Below, one piece after another: positions 16,789-27,778 of a stretch of DNA of 64,000 nucleotides. The stretch lies in the NCBI GenBank assembly GCA_040902895.1, contig JBBDWL010000129.1:6913-70912 (forward strand). Direction: 5' to 3'. The notes below the pieces were generated by a model, which did no database searches, was not told where the DNA came from, and saw nothing but the letters and a program-made list of their open reading frames with translations. The DNA is from Vicinamibacterales bacterium. Its GTDB lineage: Bacteria; Acidobacteriota; Vicinamibacteria; Vicinamibacterales; SCN-69-37. A program made the position numbers and the translations under genes. Position 1 is the stretch's first letter, and every line of letters begins with the position of its first letter.

Positions 16789-18540
16789 GTGGCACTTCGT
16801 AAAGGCGTCGGACTCGTTCTCGGATTGATCCTCGTGGCCCTGCTCATCTCGGCCGCGGGCATGGCCCTCATCTTCATGGCCGCGCGCGGCGGTCCGCAAA
16901 TCAGGGACAACGCGACGCTGTACCTGTCAATCGACCCTAATCTCGCCGAGATCGAGGCCGGCGGCGTGGTCAGCCAGTTCATCGGCGCGGAAGCCACGCT
17001 GCGCTCGCTGATCGACGCGCTGCGCAAGGCCGCCGTCGACAAGCGGATCAAGAGCGTCGTCATCCTGCCGAGGGGCGGCGGGGCGCTCTGGGGCAAGGTC
17101 CAGGAGATCCGCGACGCCATCATCGACTTCCGCAAGTCGGGCAAGCCGATCATTGCGTATCTGGAGTACGGCGCCGAGCAGGAGTACTACCTCGCCTCCG
17201 CGTGCGACAAGGTGTATCTGATGCCGGCCTCGTCGCTCGATCTGCGCGGCCTGGCCACGTACGAGCTGTTCCTCCGCGGCACGCTCGACAAGATCGGCGC
17301 GTACCCCGATCTGATGCACATCGGCGATTACAAGACGGCCGCGAACACTTTCACCGAAAAAGGCTTCACACCGGCGCATCGCGAGATGGCCGAGTCGCTC
17401 AATCACGATCTCTATGCGCAGCTGCTGCGCGGCATCGGCGACGGGCGGCGAAAGTCGGACGCCGACGTGCGCGCGCTGCTCGATCACGGCCCGTATCTCG
17501 CGCGCGACGCGGTCGCCGCCGGCCTGATCGACGATGTGGCGTACGAAGACGAGCTCGACGACAAATCCGATCTCGGCGGCGCGAAACAGCGCGTAGACGG
17601 CGACAAGTACCGCGAAGTGAGCACCACGTCGCTCGGCCTCGACAAAGGCCCGAAGATTGCCGTGCTCTATCTGGTGGGCGTCATTGCCAGCGGCAAGAGC
17701 TCGTACGATTCGCCCAATGGCGCCGTGACAGGCTCTGACACGGTGCTCGAATGGCTGCGCAAAGTGCGGGCCGACAACTCGGTACGCGCGATCGTGCTGC
17801 GCATCGACAGCCCCGGCGGATCGGCCGTGGCCTCCGACATCATCTGGCGCGAAGTGATGCTCACGCGCAACATCAAGCCGGTCGTCGCGTCGATGGGCGA
17901 CGTGGCCGCGTCAGGCGGCTACTACGTCGCCATGCCCGCAAACGCCATCGTGGCCCAGCCGGGCACGCTGACGGGATCGATCGGCGTCGTGGTGGGGAAG
18001 TTTGCGCTCGGCGGCACGATGGAGAAGCTGGGCGTGGGAGTGGAAGGCGTCGAGTCGGGCAAGTATGCCGGAATGCTGTCGCCGGTGCGTCCCTTCTCGG
18101 CTGAAGAGCGCGCGCGCGTCATGGAACAGATGCAGGCGACCTACGACACCTTCGTCGAAAAAGTTGCGGACGCCCGCGCGAGCACGCCTGAAAAAATCGA
18201 CGCGATCGCGCAGGGGCGCGTGTGGACCGGACGCCAGGCGCGCGATCTCGGACTCGTCGACGATCTTGGAGGTCTGTGGAAGGCGATCGCGATTGCCAAG
18301 CAGCGCGCGAAGATCGACCCGGCCCGTCACGTCGAGCTCGACATCTATCCGCCGCGCCGCAGCTTCTATGAGCTGGTGGCCGATCCGTTCGGCAGCGTCT
18401 CGATGATCCGCGCCGCCGGTCCGCTCGGCGCGCTCTTCGGCGATCCGAGGGCAAAGGCCATCGAAAGCCTCGCCACTCGCCTCAACCTGTTCAGATCGGG
18501 CGAGCCGCTCACGCTGATGCCCAACGTGTTTGTGCGCTGA
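16789..18540 (+). CDS. sppA: Signal peptide peptidase SppA, 67K (two-domain) type
   Basis: 583 aa with an N-terminal TM helix. It has two ClpP/crotonase-like halves. The second carries IDSPGGSAVASD and ASMGDVAASGGYYVAM (Ser nucleophile) and GSIGV. Confidence 0.9.
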   Translation: MALRKGVGLVLGLILVALLISAAGMALIFMAARGGPQIRDNATLYLSIDPNLAEIEAGGVVSQFIGAEATLRSLIDALRKAAVDKRIKSVVILPRGGGALWGKVQEIRDAIIDFRKSGKPIIAYLEYGAEQEYYLASACDKVYLMPASSLDLRGLATYELFLRGTLDKIGAYPDLMHIGDYKTAANTFTEKGFTPAHREMAESLNHDLYAQLLRGIGDGRRKSDADVRALLDHGPYLARDAVAAGLIDDVAYEDELDDKSDLGGAKQRVDGDKYREVSTTSLGLDKGPKIAVLYLVGVIASGKSSYDSPNGAVTGSDTVLEWLRKVRADNSVRAIVLRIDSPGGSAVASDIIWREVMLTRNIKPVVASMGDVAASGGYYVAMPANAIVAQPGTLTGSIGVVVGKFALGGTMEKLGVGVEGVESGKYAGMLSPVRPFSAEERARVMEQMQATYDTFVEKVADARASTPEKIDAIAQGRVWTGRQARDLGLVDDLGGLWKAIAIAKQRAKIDPARHVELDIYPPRRSFYELVADPFGSVSMIRAAGPLGALFGDPRAKAIESLATRLNLFRSGEPLTLMPNVFVR

Positions 18541-18562
18541 AGGTTGCGGGTTAATCAAACTA

Positions 18563-18588
18563 GCCGCGCGAGCGTTGTCTCGCGCGGC
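18563..18588. terminator. 10-bp perfect GC hairpin between convergent sppA and ppiD
   Basis: GCCGCGCGAG CGTTGT CTCGCGCGGC. On the - strand it is followed by UAGUUUGAUU, which is U-rich. There is no U-run on the + strand. Confidence 0.45.
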
Positions 18589-18593
18589 GCATG

Positions 18594-18621
18594 CCAGCAA
18601 CCAGCAACCAACTACCAGCTA
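18594..18621. repeat. Four in-phase heptamers CCAGCAA CCAGCAA CCAACTA CCAGCTA
   Basis: The period is exactly 7 nt. The array overlaps the ppiD stop codon (18619-18621) and abuts the hairpin at 18563-18588. Confidence 0.7.
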
Positions 18622-20538
18622 CCGCCCCGCGAACATGGCCTGCAACGTTTCTTCGTTGAGGTCGATCGTCATCTTCTGCTTGGCCTTGGTCATGTAGGAG
18701 GCGAAGAACTGTCCCTTCCGCTCCTGCAGCATCTGGCCGCGCAGCTGTTCGCGCTCGGCGGCGAATTTCACCGGATCGATCGCCTGCTTCTCGGTGACGC
18801 GAAGGACGACCGTGCCGCGGTCGGTGACAATCGGGTCGCTGACGCCGCCCGCGCCAAGCGCGAACGCCGCGGCTTCGACTGGCGCGCTGACCCCGACCTG
18901 GGGGAACGCGGCGCCGCGCGCGATCGGCTCGCTCGTTTCGACGGTGAGGCCGGCCGATTTCGCCGCGCCGGCGAAATCAGACTTGAACGCGCCGGCGAGC
19001 GCCGACGCGCGCTCCAGGGCGATGGCCGACGCCCGCTCCGCGATGTATTCGTCGCGCACGCGATCGCGTATGTCCGCGAGCTGCGCGTCGCGCGGCGGCT
19101 GCACATCGATGACGGTGATGAAGGCCGCGCCCTGCGGTGTGCGCAGCGCGTCGCTCACATTGCCTGATTCCAGTTCGAAGGCGGCCGCCGAGACTTCCGG
19201 CGAGAACCCAAGCCCGGGGACCGGCTCCTCCCTTGCGAAGAGCGGCGAGTCGGCCGCCGTCAGCCCCCGTGCCTGCGCCACGCGATCGATGTCGGCAGGG
19301 TCGTCGATGTCCTTATCGAGCTCCTGCGCAACGCGCTGCACTTCCTGCTGCGCCCGCTCCCATTTGAGCTGCTCCTGGATCTGCGCCGACACCAGCTCGA
19401 ACGGCTGCGTCGTGGCGGCGCGCTTCCCCGTCGCGCGAATGATGTGAAATCCGTACGGCGTCTTGACAATGCCGCTGGTCTGTCCGGGTTCGAGCGCAAA
19501 GGCCGCGTCTTCGAACTCCTTCACCATGGCGTTGCGGCCGAAGAAGTCGAGATCGCCGCCTTTGGCGTTCGACACCTCGTCCTCGGAGTACTGCTTGGCC
19601 AGCGCGGCGAAGTCTGCGCCGGCATTGAGCTTCGCCAGCACGTCTTCGGCCTGCTTGCGCACCGCCGCCTCGTCCTTCCCTTCGGTCTTGAGCAGAATGT
19701 GGCTCGCGCGCATCTGTTCGGGCTGCTGATACTGCGCGATCGATTCGGTGTAGCGCTGCCGCGCGTCGGCCTCGGTGACGGTCACGCGATCGCGCAGCGT
19801 GGCGGCATCGATGTGCAGATAGCGCACGCGCCGTTTTTCGGGCACGCGGTACGTCGCCTTGTTGCGCTCGAAGTACGCCGCGATGTCGGCCTCCGCCGGC
19901 GTGATGCCGCTCTTGTACGCGTCGGCGTTGAACAGCACGAGATCGACTTTCACCTTCTCGTTGCGGCGGCGGTATTCGGCGTCGATCTCCGCGTCGGTCA
20001 GGGTGATCCATGCGGTCAGCGCGTCGCGCATCTTGTCGGACTGCAGCTGGCGCCGCAGCTCGCGCTCGAACTGGTCCACCTGAATCGGCGGCGCCTGCGC
20101 GGCCAGCAGCTGGCGGTATCGCGCGTCGCCGATGAACACGCCGTTCTCCTGGAACGCGGGCAGCCGCAGGATGCGCTCGCGCAGTTCGGCGTCGGTCACG
20201 TTCACGCCGAGCCGATCGGCCTCCGCCAGCACGGCTTCCTCGTCAATCATCTGGCTCAGGATGCGCTGCTCGATGCCGAGCTGCCGCAGCATCTGATCGT
20301 TCAGATTGCCGCCGTACGCCTGACGGTAGGCCTGTACCTGCTGGTTGTACGCGCGCTGAAACTCGGCGACCTCGATATCACGGCCTTCGACGCTGGCGAC
20401 GACGGCGTTGGGCGCGGCGCTGGCGCCCTGCGAGCTCATGAAATCAGGGATGTAGACCAGTACGAACGCGACCACGACCAGGCCGAGGCTCCACTTGAGC
20501 CAGCCTTTGTGCCGCCGCATCCGATCGAGCATTGTCAT
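18619..20538 (-). CDS. ppiD: PpiD-like periplasmic chaperone / peptidyl-prolyl isomerase (membrane anchored, SurA-N plus parvulin domain)
   Basis: 639 aa with N-terminal anchor MTMLDRMRRHKGWLKWSLGLVVVAFVLVYIP. The parvulin block reads MRASHILLKTEG...AKQYSEDEVSNAKGGDLDFFGRNAMVKEFEDAAF...GIVKTPYGFHII. Confidence 0.85.
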   Translation of the reverse strand: MTMLDRMRRHKGWLKWSLGLVVVAFVLVYIPDFMSSQGASAAPNAVVASVEGRDIEVAEFQRAYNQQVQAYRQAYGGNLNDQMLRQLGIEQRILSQMIDEEAVLAEADRLGVNVTDAELRERILRLPAFQENGVFIGDARYRQLLAAQAPPIQVDQFERELRRQLQSDKMRDALTAWITLTDAEIDAEYRRRNEKVKVDLVLFNADAYKSGITPAEADIAAYFERNKATYRVPEKRRVRYLHIDAATLRDRVTVTEADARQRYTESIAQYQQPEQMRASHILLKTEGKDEAAVRKQAEDVLAKLNAGADFAALAKQYSEDEVSNAKGGDLDFFGRNAMVKEFEDAAFALEPGQTSGIVKTPYGFHIIRATGKRAATTQPFELVSAQIQEQLKWERAQQEVQRVAQELDKDIDDPADIDRVAQARGLTAADSPLFAREEPVPGLGFSPEVSAAAFELESGNVSDALRTPQGAAFITVIDVQPPRDAQLADIRDRVRDEYIAERASAIALERASALAGAFKSDFAGAAKSAGLTVETSEPIARGAAFPQVGVSAPVEAAAFALGAGGVSDPIVTDRGTVVLRVTEKQAIDPVKFAAEREQLRGQMLQERKGQFFASYMTKAKQKMTIDLNEETLQAMFAGR

Positions 20539-20772
20539 GTCTTCGAAACCCTCAGGGAAAAGCCGATTATACTTGCCCGGCCTGACTTCATGCCGACCTC
20601 ACGGAAGGGCCGCGCCCCAGCGCGCCGGCCGGGCGCGCGCAAGACAACACGGCCGGCTCGCCGGACCCCGACGCGCGAGGCCGGAACCAGAGTTCTGGTC
20701 CGCCGGGCGGATGCATCGCCCAACCGCCTTACGGCCGCGCTTAGGCCGCTCGCGCGATGGCGCGTCCGGATC

Positions 20773-22073
20773 ATGCCGGCCGACGCGCCGATCGAGCGTC
20801 GCGCAACCGCCGACGGCGTGCTGTGGGAGCTCGGGTCGGGCCGCCCGCCCGACGCCCGGCGCGTGACCCGGCTTGCCGGGGTCATGCCCGTGGTCAGTTT
20901 TACGCTCGACCGCTCGGCGCCGCCCGCGCTCGCCGCGCTGTCTCGCTCGCTCGGGTTTTCCGCGCATCTGGTAGCCCCCCTCGATCGCGCCGCGGTCGCG
21001 GCGGCCCTCGGCCTGCCGCCGTCGCCCGATCTCAAGGAGCGGCTTGCGCGAGTGGGAAAGCGCCTCGAGGGCGCCGATCTGACCGAGGGCTTCATGCAGG
21101 TCGTAGCGGCGGTCAATGCGCGCCGGGATCCGGGCGGCGTGGCCGCAGTCTTGCTCTCTCGCGCTCGGGCCTGGCTGCCGCTGCCCGAATGGGCGGTGCT
21201 GGCCACCGACCCGACCGGCGAGACGCGCTGGCTGGCGGCAGAGGGGGGAAGCGAGCTGACGCGGGATGCGATCGAAGCGGTGGCGGCGCACGTGGCCCAT
21301 ACGGGCGCGCCGCTGGTGTCGCCGCGTCTGGCCGGCGAGCCGGTGATTCAGGCCCGCCTGGAAGCGGCGGCCCTCGCGGTGCCGCTCTCGTGCGACAACC
21401 GGGTCGTGGCCGTGCTGGCCGGGATCGACGGAGGCCGCTCGGCCGGCGTGCCGGCGGCGGCGCCGTTCGGGCCGTCGCGCGCGAAGCTGCGGCGGATGCT
21501 CGAGCCGATCGCCTGCGCGCTCGACAGCGCGCTGCGTCTCGAACGGGCCGAGGCGCTGTCGGTCACCGACGACCTGACGCAGCTGTATAACTCGCGCTTC
21601 ATGCACGCGGTGCTGCGGCGCGAGACGAAGCGGTCGTCGCGGTCGGGGCAGAAGCTGTCGCTGCTGTTCATCGATCTCGACGGCTTCAAGTCGGTGAACG
21701 ATTCGCACGGCCATCTGGCGGGCAGCCGCGCGCTCGTGGAGGTCGGCGCGGTGATTCGATCGTGCGCGCGTGAAACCGACGCGGTGGCGCGCTTCGGCGG
21801 CGACGAATTCGCGGTGGTCCTGCCCGACACCGACGAGGCCGGCGCGCGCGCCGTCGCGGCGCGCGTCCGCGATCGGATCGCGGGGCATGCGTTTCTGACG
21901 TCGGTGGGCCTGTCGGTGCGCCTCACCGCGTCAATCGGCATCGCGACGCACGTGGATCCGACGGCGTCGGCCGATGAACTGCTCGCGGCGGCCGATGCCG
22001 CAATGTATTGGGTCAAGGGCCATGGCAAGAATGGCATTCATCAGGTGAACTTTCTCAGTCCAAAGGTGCAGCG

Positions 22074-22077
<4 letters not shown>
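20773..22077 (+). CDS. Diguanylate cyclase (GAF-like sensor region plus GGDEF domain with RxxD I-site)
   Basis: This is the C-terminal part of the 877-aa ORF 19444..22077, whose first ~440 codons are antisense to ppiD. GGDEF domain: [25 protein letters not shown], and [21 protein letters not shown], which carries the RETD I-site 5 residues before an intact GGDEF. The start is uncertain: ATG 20773 is chosen, and the in-frame ATG at 20590 would add an Arg-rich low-complexity leader. Confidence 0.85.
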
Positions 22078-23099
<1,022 letters not shown>

Positions 23100-23102
23100 A
23101 GC

Positions 23103-23176
23103 GAGGGAGCGGAGCGGGGCGACGGGCCCCCGCGAGCGACCGAGCCAGGCGGCATGCAGGGGTCCCCGCCGGAGAG
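23103..23176 (+). repeat. GC-rich ~70-nt dispersed element, copy A (mreB-mreC spacer)
   Basis: GAGGGAGCGGAGCGGGGCGACGGGCCCCCGCGAGCGACCGAGCCAGGCGGCATGCAGGGGTCCCCGCCGGAGAG. It aligns with the copies at 28178, 52898 and 55275. Confidence 0.85.
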
Positions 23177-23185
23177 CTTAGACTG

Positions 23186-24034
23186 ATGTTGGAGATCCGT
23201 CGCAGAACCGGCTACCTGTTCCTCGCGGTCATGATGGGGCACGTGATTCTCATCTCGGCGCAGGTGCAGGATCAGGGCGGCGCGCGTCTGGCGTCGGCCG
23301 TTACCTTCCAGCTCGTCTCGCACATCCAGCTCGCGACGGCCCGGGCCGTCGACGGCATCCGCGGCTTTTTTCAAAATTATGTGTGGCTTCGCGGCGCCCG
23401 CGCCGAGAACGAGGCGCTGAAGCGGCAGGTCGTCGAGCTGGGGGGGCAGATCGAGGAACTGCGCGCGCGGACAACACAAGTCTCGAGCCTCGAGGAGCTG
23501 CTCAACCTCCGGACATCCCTGCCCATCGAAACCATCACCGCGCGCGTGATTGCCGGCGATCCGACGCCCGGCTTCCCGGCGGTCACCATCGACATGGGAT
23601 CGGGCGACGGCCTGCGTGCGAACATGGCGGTCATTGCGCCGCGCGGCGTCGTCGGGCGCATCTACGGCCGCCTCGAAGAGCACGCCGCGCAGGTGCAGCT
23701 GATTGTCGGACGCCGCGCCGGCGCCGCCGCCTATCTCGAACGAACCGGCGCGGGCGGCGTCATCGTGGGATCGAACGCCGATCCGCCGCTCGAGATGGAG
23801 GACGTCTCGAATCTCGTCGACGTGCAGACCGGCGACGTCGTCCTCACTTCCGGCCTTGACGGTATTTTCCCGCGCGGATTCATGATCGGACGCGTCGAAG
23901 CGGCCGAGCGCGGCAGCGGCACGTATCGCCTCATCGCGGTGCGGCCCACGGTCGACTTCTCGAATCTTCAATACGTGCTGGTTGTCACCGTTCCGCCGTC
24001 CGCGCGCTGGGCGCAGGAGGCCGAGAAGCAATGA
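23186..24034 (+). CDS. mreC: Rod shape-determining protein MreC
   Basis: 282 aa with an N-terminal TM helix and a coiled coil (ENEALKRQVVELGGQIEELRA). The beta-barrel domains contain VIAPRGVVGRI and GIFPRGFMIGRV. The position after mreB supports the call. Confidence 0.9.
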   Translation: MLEIRRRTGYLFLAVMMGHVILISAQVQDQGGARLASAVTFQLVSHIQLATARAVDGIRGFFQNYVWLRGARAENEALKRQVVELGGQIEELRARTTQVSSLEELLNLRTSLPIETITARVIAGDPTPGFPAVTIDMGSGDGLRANMAVIAPRGVVGRIYGRLEEHAAQVQLIVGRRAGAAAYLERTGAGGVIVGSNADPPLEMEDVSNLVDVQTGDVVLTSGLDGIFPRGFMIGRVEAAERGSGTYRLIAVRPTVDFSNLQYVLVVTVPPSARWAQEAEKQ

Positions 24035-24552
24035 GAGTGCTCGGCATCCTGCTGATCGTCGCGGCAGGGCTGGTGCTGCAGACCTCGCTGACCCGCTTCA
24101 CCATCGGCGGCGGCTGGGCGCTGGACGTGGTGCTCGTCGCCGTCTTTTTCTGTGCGCTCAGCTGGGGTCCTGCGGCCGGGCTGCTGGCCGGCACCGCCGG
24201 CGGTCTCGCGCAGGACGCGCTGTCGGGTGGCGTGCTCGGCGTAGGCGGGCTTTCGAAGACCCTGGTCGGGTTTCTGGCAGGCGCAATCGGCACCCAGTTC
24301 ATCGTCGCCCAGTTCTTCCCGCGCCTCGTCGTGTTCGTGATCGGGACGCTGGTGCATCAGTTCTGCTTCTGGGGCATCTATGCGCTGATCGATCAGAGGG
24401 CGCCGACTGTGCCGATGGGGAGCGTGATGATGCAGGCCTTCATCAACGCGGCCATCGGTTTGCTCGTATTCCAGATCATCGAGCTCGCGCCGGGCTTCGC
24501 GTCCCGCCGCCGAGCTCGCCGCTCCCGCCTCAGCAGCGGCGGACGGTGGTGA
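24031..24552 (+). CDS. mreD: Rod shape-determining protein MreD
   Basis: 173 aa polytopic membrane protein with an ATGA overlap with mreC. The call rests on position in the mreBCD order. Confidence 0.8.
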   Translation: MRVLGILLIVAAGLVLQTSLTRFTIGGGWALDVVLVAVFFCALSWGPAAGLLAGTAGGLAQDALSGGVLGVGGLSKTLVGFLAGAIGTQFIVAQFFPRLVVFVIGTLVHQFCFWGIYALIDQRAPTVPMGSVMMQAFINAAIGLLVFQIIELAPGFASRRRARRSRLSSGGRW

Positions 24553-24581
24553 ACATTGCTAAGATCGGTTCTTAGGGCTTT

Positions 24582-26561
24582 ATGACTTCGCCCGTACAGC
24601 ACGAAGAACGGCACAGTTTCTCGGTCCGCCTCACGGTGATGAAGGCGGCCGTCATCCTCGTCTTCTCCACACTTGCGGTGGCGTTCTGGTGGCTGCAGGT
24701 CGCCCGCCACGAAGAGTTTGCCGCCAAAGCCGACGCCAACCACATACGCACGATTACGCTGCGTGCGCCGCGCGGCGTGCTGTTCGATCGCGATGGCCAG
24801 ATCATGGTCGTCAACCAGGAGATTCAGAACATCTCCATCCTGCGCGAGCAGACCGAGAACATCGACGAGACGCTGGCGCGGCTTGCCGAAATCACGGGGG
24901 CCGATCTGGCGACGATGAAGGCCGCCATCGCCGAGCGCGAGAAAGAGCCGATCTTTCGTCCGATTCCGGTGATCGAAAACGCGACCCGCACGCAGGTCGC
25001 GCGCGTCAAGGCTCGGCTGATCGAAATTCCCGCGGTGATCGTGCAGGATGTGCCGACGCGCAAATATCCGGACGATCGCCTTGCCGCACATCTGTTCGGG
25101 TACGTCGGCGAAGTCAACGAGCAGCAGCTGGCGCGGCCTGAGTTCGCCACGCTCTCACCCGGTGACATCGTCGGGCATTCGGGCATCGAGCTCGCGCTCA
25201 ACTCGCTGCTGATGGGCATGGACGGGGCGCGGTACGTGGTCGTCGACAGCAAGGGACGTGAGATCGAGCATCTCGAAGATGAAGAGCAGGCCCCGGTCGA
25301 CGGGCAGCGCGTCAAACTGACAATCGATCTCGACATGCAGAAGGCGCTCGAAGACGCCTTCCGGCATTACAAGTACTGGGGAGCGGCGGCGTTCATCGAT
25401 CCGAACACCGGCGACGTGCTGGCGATGACCAGCCTGCCGGCCTACGATCCCAACGCATTCGCGGTCGGCATCGATCAGGCGACATGGACCTCGCTCAACA
25501 AGGATCCCCTGCTTCCGCTCACCAACCGTCTCATTCAGGGCACGTTCCCGCCCGGATCGACGTTCAAGATTCTGATGGCCGTCATCGGACTGCAGGAAAA
25601 ACTCATCACGCCGCAGACGCGCGTGCACTGTTCCGGCGGCGGCGTCTTCTGGGGTCGTCCCTTCCAGTGTCATCGCGTTCATGGCACCGTCGATCTGCGC
25701 CACGCCATCGAACAGTCGTGCAATGTGTACTTCTACACGATTGGCCAGAAGCTCGGCGACAAGATCGACATCGTGCACAAGTGGGGCGAGCGCCTCGGGC
25801 TCGTAGGCAAGACGGGCATCGACCTGCCGAACGAAGTCCCCGGATTCATCGCGTCGAGCGAGTGGGCCAAGAAGACACGCAAAGATGGCAAGTGGTACCC
25901 CGGCGAGACCATCTCGGTGGCAATCGGACAGGGCGCGGTGGCGGTCACGCCGATGAACCTCGCGATGTTCGCGGCGACCATTGCCAACGGCGGCACGTTG
26001 TTCAAGCCGAATCTTTTGAAGGAAGTCTTTGACGGCAAGGAATGGAAGAGCATTCCGCGTCCGGAGCCAAAAGCGAAAACGAAGATGGATCCGGAGCATG
26101 TGAAGGCGATTCGCGAAGGCATGTGGATGGTCGTCAATGGCGCCGGCACTGGCGGCCGCGCGCGCATGCCCGGCTACGACGTGGCCGGTAAGACCGGTAC
26201 GGCGCAGGCCAACATCTCGCTCGAGAACCGCGCGCGGCTGCGCGGCGAGGCGGCCCGCAGATTTCGCGATCACGGCTGGTGGATCTTCTTTGCGCCACAG
26301 GCCAAACCGGAAGTCGCCGGCGTGGTCTTCACGGAGAACTCGGAGCACGGATACCTCAGCGCGCCGATCGCGAAGCACGTGCTCGAGACCTATTTCGCCA
26401 AAAAAGAAAAGCGTCCGCTGCCGAAGCTCGTGCCGGAAGGGACGCCGACGGCGCCTGTGGCGCCGGCTGCGGCTACCGGCACTGCCACTCGTCCAGCACC
26501 GGGAACGGGCGGCCATTCGACTCCCTCCGGTCGCTCAGGGCAAGGCACGGGCGGACGATGA
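24582..26561 (+). CDS. mrdA: Penicillin-binding protein 2 (elongasome transpeptidase)
   Basis: 659 aa with an N-terminal TM helix. Motifs: RAPRGVLFDRDG, PPGSTFK (SxxK), SCN (SxN) and AGKTGTAQ (KTG). The tail is Pro/Gly-rich. Confidence 0.95.
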   Translation: MTSPVQHEERHSFSVRLTVMKAAVILVFSTLAVAFWWLQVARHEEFAAKADANHIRTITLRAPRGVLFDRDGQIMVVNQEIQNISILREQTENIDETLARLAEITGADLATMKAAIAEREKEPIFRPIPVIENATRTQVARVKARLIEIPAVIVQDVPTRKYPDDRLAAHLFGYVGEVNEQQLARPEFATLSPGDIVGHSGIELALNSLLMGMDGARYVVVDSKGREIEHLEDEEQAPVDGQRVKLTIDLDMQKALEDAFRHYKYWGAAAFIDPNTGDVLAMTSLPAYDPNAFAVGIDQATWTSLNKDPLLPLTNRLIQGTFPPGSTFKILMAVIGLQEKLITPQTRVHCSGGGVFWGRPFQCHRVHGTVDLRHAIEQSCNVYFYTIGQKLGDKIDIVHKWGERLGLVGKTGIDLPNEVPGFIASSEWAKKTRKDGKWYPGETISVAIGQGAVAVTPMNLAMFAATIANGGTLFKPNLLKEVFDGKEWKSIPRPEPKAKTKMDPEHVKAIREGMWMVVNGAGTGGRARMPGYDVAGKTGTAQANISLENRARLRGEAARRFRDHGWWIFFAPQAKPEVAGVVFTENSEHGYLSAPIAKHVLETYFAKKEKRPLPKLVPEGTPTAPVAPAAATGTATRPAPGTGGHSTPSGRSGQGTGGR

Positions 26562-27661
26562 TTTTCGAGCGGCGTCTGACGTTTCATCTCGACTGGGCCC
26601 TCATGGGCGCGATTCTCGCGCTGTCGGGCATGGGCCTGCTCATGATCTATTCCACGACCTACGATCTCGGCGCGAACCGCGCCGGCACCGAGTTCTGGAG
26701 ACAGCTGCAGGCGCTGGTGCTCGGTGTGGCGCTGATGGCGCTGTGCATGTCGATCGACTATCGATCGCTGACGCAGCGATCGCTTTTCATCTATGGCGGC
26801 GTGATCCTGCTCCTGGTCGCCGTGTTTTTCTTCGGCGCCCAGCGCGGCGGCGCCCGGCGCTGGCTTCCGCTCGGGGTCTTCAATCTTCAGCCGTCCGAAT
26901 TTGCGCGCGTCGCCATTGCTCTCGTCCTGGCAATGTACTTCGGCGAGAACCGCCGCGGCGCGCGCACGCCGTCAGACCTCCTGGTCGGCGCCGCCTTCAC
27001 ACTCGTCCCCTTTCTGCTCATCGCCCGCCAGCCCGATCTCGGCACCGCGGTCACGCTGCTGCCGGTCTATCTGGGCATCGTCTATCTTGCCGGCCTCCGC
27101 ATGCGGCTGCTTGCCGTCGCGGCGGTCATCGCGGTCTTGTTGTCTCCGCTCGCCTGGAACTACGCGCTGAAGCCGTACCAGAGAGAGCGCATCCAGACGT
27201 TCCTCGATCCCGAGCGCGAGCCTCGCGGCGCCGGGTATCAGCAGATTCAGGCGCGGGTCACGGTTGGGTCTGGAGGCCTGACCGGCAAGGGGTTCGGCGA
27301 GGGGACCCAGGGCGGCTACGGCTTCCTGCCCGTCGCCCACAACGATTTCGTATTTTCGGTGCTGGCAGAGGAGCACGGCTTCCTCGGCGTGCTCGTGGCG
27401 CTCGGCCTGTACCTTTTCGTGATCCTTCGAAGCCTCGATGCGGCACGTCTGGCCAAAGACAAGGTAGGGACCTACCTGGTCGTGGGCATTGTGTCGGGGT
27501 TTGCGTTCCAGGTGATGTACAACATCACCATGTCGGCGGGGCTGGCGCCCGTAAAAGGGCTGACGCTGCCGCTCATGAGTTACGGCGGGTCGTCGCTGAT
27601 TGCGACGTTCGCCGCGTTCGGTCTCATCCTGAATGTGCGGATGAGACGGTTTACCAACTAG
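26558..27661 (+). CDS. rodA: Rod shape-determining protein RodA (SEDS glycosyltransferase)
   Basis: Started at MIFERRLTFHLDWALMGAILALSGMGLLMIYS, with an ATGA overlap with mrdA. SEDS motifs are present: QPSEFAR, PDLGTA, and HNDFVFSVLAEEHGFLG. The upstream part of ORF 26279..27661 overlaps mrdA. Confidence 0.95.
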   Translation: MIFERRLTFHLDWALMGAILALSGMGLLMIYSTTYDLGANRAGTEFWRQLQALVLGVALMALCMSIDYRSLTQRSLFIYGGVILLLVAVFFFGAQRGGARRWLPLGVFNLQPSEFARVAIALVLAMYFGENRRGARTPSDLLVGAAFTLVPFLLIARQPDLGTAVTLLPVYLGIVYLAGLRMRLLAVAAVIAVLLSPLAWNYALKPYQRERIQTFLDPEREPRGAGYQQIQARVTVGSGGLTGKGFGEGTQGGYGFLPVAHNDFVFSVLAEEHGFLGVLVALGLYLFVILRSLDAARLAKDKVGTYLVVGIVSGFAFQVMYNITMSAGLAPVKGLTLPLMSYGGSSLIATFAAFGLILNVRMRRFTN

Positions 27662-27778
27662 TTGCGGAGTCGATGACGCTCGTCCTGACCCTCGCGCTGC
27701 TGGCCGCGCTCTTCGCCCTTGCGGGTGTGGTGCGCCCGGCGCGGGCCACGGCCGCGCCGCTCCGCCGGAGCTTTCCGC

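Noticed and set aside
16081-16899. 272-aa minus-strand ORF
   Set aside because: It reads straight through tRNA-Leu and the 30-bp tandem repeat. At most its last 70 codons can be coding.
19444-20772. N-terminal ~440 codons of the 877-aa ORF that contains the GGDEF domain
   Set aside because: This part is antisense to ppiD and has no domain features. The real cyclase most plausibly starts at 20773, or at 20590 if the Arg-rich leader is real.
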